64,000 nucleotides of DNA, from positions 1 to 64,000 of the forward strand of contig JAUCBJ010000697.1 of assembly GCA_032718475.1 (NCBI GenBank). Direction: 5' to 3'. The position numbers and the translations under genes are program-made. Shown piece after piece: positions 61,589 to 64,000 of the stretch; positions within the stretch are counted from its first letter, which is position 1, and each line of letters opens with the position of its first letter. Source of the DNA: Nemertoderma westbladi. Lineage: Eukaryota; Animalia; Xenacoelomorpha. The notes beneath the pieces were generated by a model. That model saw nothing but the letters and a program-made list of their open reading frames with translations, was not told the origin of the DNA and ran no database searches.

Positions 61589-62552
61589 GACGCAAACAGT
61601 AATAAATATATTGATAAAACACAATTAAAAAAATTAAAAGTAAAGTTCTCTTTGACCATTTGGATTACCCTCAAAGACTGACGTCTTATTTCCAGTGCGG
61701 TCCCCCCAGAACTATACTATAGAAACTCCCGTACTCATTTAGTTACCATTTAAGTATGCAACCCTTGTTACACGTTATACGTTATGGTAAAAGTTATAAC
61801 TTGTTGAGTCCTTTTAATCACACTGAAATTAATATATATCAAACTGAAACTAACCTATGTTAATTTCATCAGATGTTTGTTTTGCTTCAGCCCAACTTAT
61901 AGATATAATGATTACAGCAAGAAATAGTAACATAATTAGTGACTTCATATTTATTAATAATTCAACAATTATTTTCAATACCCAGTTGTTTTAATTGAGA
62001 ATAAGAATATGTTCCAGAATGCAATAAATGTAAATATTTCTTCGGTTATCTTTGTACATAAGGGCCGGAGTTAATTAAGCCCTAATTATGACTCCTTAAT
62101 TCCAATGCCCCCCCCCCCCCCCCCCCCAGTGGAATTTGGCACTCATTTAGTTTTCATGTTCATGTTTTCATGTACAGCAGTGATGCGCCCTGACTTAGTA
62201 GCCTACCCTGACCCCCTTGAGGAGACTTGAATTCAAGTCAACTAAATTTATCGCTAATAAAAAGTAATAATAAAATGTTCTATTACTCAAAATTTATTAT
62301 TTATTTTGTGACAATTTATATTCTTTATATCATGAATTATAATCACATGTTCCTTCCATACTTTCCTTAAATCTAAAATGTAATTTACTAATAATTACTT
62401 TTTCTGCTTGTCATTAGTTACGTGTTATGGAATTTACGCGAACTTAATTATTCTAAAGTGATTGACAATGTTTATGTTGGATTTATCGACAGTTTGGTGC
62501 TGTTGAGTTGGTACATAATAGTCTATCTGCCGTTATTACCCTACCCACAACG

Positions 62553-63449
62553 GAATCTCTCCGACACTGTGCCGAAATCTCTCCGACACTGTGCCGAAAT
62601 CTCTCCGACACTGTGCCGAAATCTCTCCGACACTGTGCCGAAATCTCTCCGACACTGTGCCGAAATCTCTCCGAACTGTGCCGAAATCTCTCCGACACTG
62701 TGCCGAAATCTCTCCGACACTGTGCCGAAATCTCTCCGAACTGTGCCGAAATCTCTCCGACACTGTGCCGAAATCTCTCCGACACTGTGCCGAAATCTCT
62801 CCGACACTGTGCCGAAATCTCTCCGACACTGTGCCGAAATCTCTCCGACACTGTGCCGAAATCTCTCCGAACTGTGCCGAAATCTCTCCGACACTGTGCC
62901 GAAATCTCTCCGACACTGTGCCGAAATCTCTCCGACACTGTGCCGAAATCTCTCCGACACTGTGCCGAAATCTCTCCGACACTGTGCCGAAATCTCTCCG
63001 ACACTGTGCCGAAATCTCTCCGACACTGTGCCGAAATCTCTCCGAACTGTGCCGAAATCTCTCCGACACTGTGCCGAAATCTCTCCGACACTGTGCCGAA
63101 ATCTCTCCGACACTGTGCCGAAATCTCTCCGACACTGTGCCGAAATCTCTTCGACACTGTGCCGAAATCTCTCCGAACTGTGCCGAAATCTCTCCGACAC
63201 TGTGCCGAAATCTCTCCGACACTGTGCCGAAATCTCTCCGACACTGTGCCGAAATCTCTCCGACACTGTGCCGAAATCTCTCCGACACTGTGCCGAAATC
63301 TCTCCGACACTGTGCCGAAATCTCTCCGACACTGTGCCGAAATCTCTCCGACACTGTGCCGAAATCTCTCCGACACTGTGCCGAAATCTCTCCGACACTG
63401 TGCCGAAATCTCTCCGACACTGTGCCGAAATCTCTCAGACACTGCCGAC
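62553..63449. repeat. 22-bp tandem array (GCCGAAATCTCTCCGACACTGT) with 21-bp variants
   Basis: Directly visible periodicity. Confidence 0.97.
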
Positions 63450-63509
63450 ATGACTAAAATTCAACGGTGACATCACGCCGACACTGAGCCGACACAACGC
63501 CCACAAACA

Positions 63510-64000
63510 AAATGACAAAACGGATTTCTAGTAATTGGGACCAAACAACAGTTAGTCAAAGTTAATATCATCGCAATCAAAGTTGGCAATCATAGTACTG
63601 AACCAATGAAAAATGTTCGAAATTTGGGTGCCTATTTTGACTCAACAATGTCAATGGAAACTTTCGTTAGTCGAACATCTAGTGGTGTATCATATCACTT
63701 AAGAAATCTTCGGAAAATACGGCCATATCTTACACAATTGGCAGCAGAAAAGCTAGTTCATTCCTTGATATCAAGTCGTTTGGATTACTGTAATTCACTT
63801 TACTATGGCATCGCTGAATATCAATTTTGATCGATTACAAATATGGCTGCACGCCTCGTGACCCGTATACAAAAGTATGATCATATCACACCGATTCTAA
63901 AACGGCTTCATTGGTTGCCTGTAAGACAACGCATTGAGTTTAAAATACTGTTGCTAGTATACAAGTCAGTTAATGGTCAATCTCCAGATTATATTCAAGA
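63510..64000 (+). mobile_element. L2/CR1-group LINE RT C-terminal fragment
   Basis: KTDFLVIG, VRNLGAYFDS, IRPYLT, LVHSLISSRLDYCNSL, and after a frameshift HITPILKRLHWLPVRQRIEFKIL. Confidence 0.88.

Noticed and set aside
12792-63470. Long repetitive ORFs over the satellites (e.g. 12792-13730, 16116-18041, 59136-61061, 62422-63453)
   Set aside because: They arise from stop-free repeat units and are open in multiple frames or strands; there is no evidence of coding.

Overview
This window looks like repeat-rich animal (probably invertebrate) genomic DNA. It holds one host gene, a two-exon homeodomain+TLC ceramide synthase (11562-12014 joined to 15866-16522). The rest is LINE fragments, MITE-like elements, seven unrelated short-unit tandem arrays (15, 18, 21, 22, 29, 31 and 39 bp) and a young BEL/Pao LTR retroelement inserted in the 39-bp satellite. 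The element occurs as one complete unit (LTR 40808-42723 to LTR 54067-55982), a truncated tandem second unit sharing the last LTR, and a partial copy made by a local tandem duplication. It is the most unusual part of the window. (i) ORF1 is Gag-protease fused in frame to the integrase C-terminus, with no RT, RNase H or integrase core. (ii) An extra 815-aa ORF encodes a DEDDy 3'-5' exonuclease-like domain plus CCHC knuckles, with an in-frame Arg-rich tail beyond a TGA. (iii) Each ~1.9-kb LTR holds a ~1.2-kb array of 12 hand-folded hairpins: 8 with a kink-turn and cUUCGg cap, and 4 with a loop-E-like/GAAA core. (iv) The GAAA core recurs with 24-27 nt identity inside both ORFs. My inference is a self-encoded RNA-element/protein system (export, localisation, packaging or anti-silencing). 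All domain and structure calls are by eye; no searches or folding programs were run.
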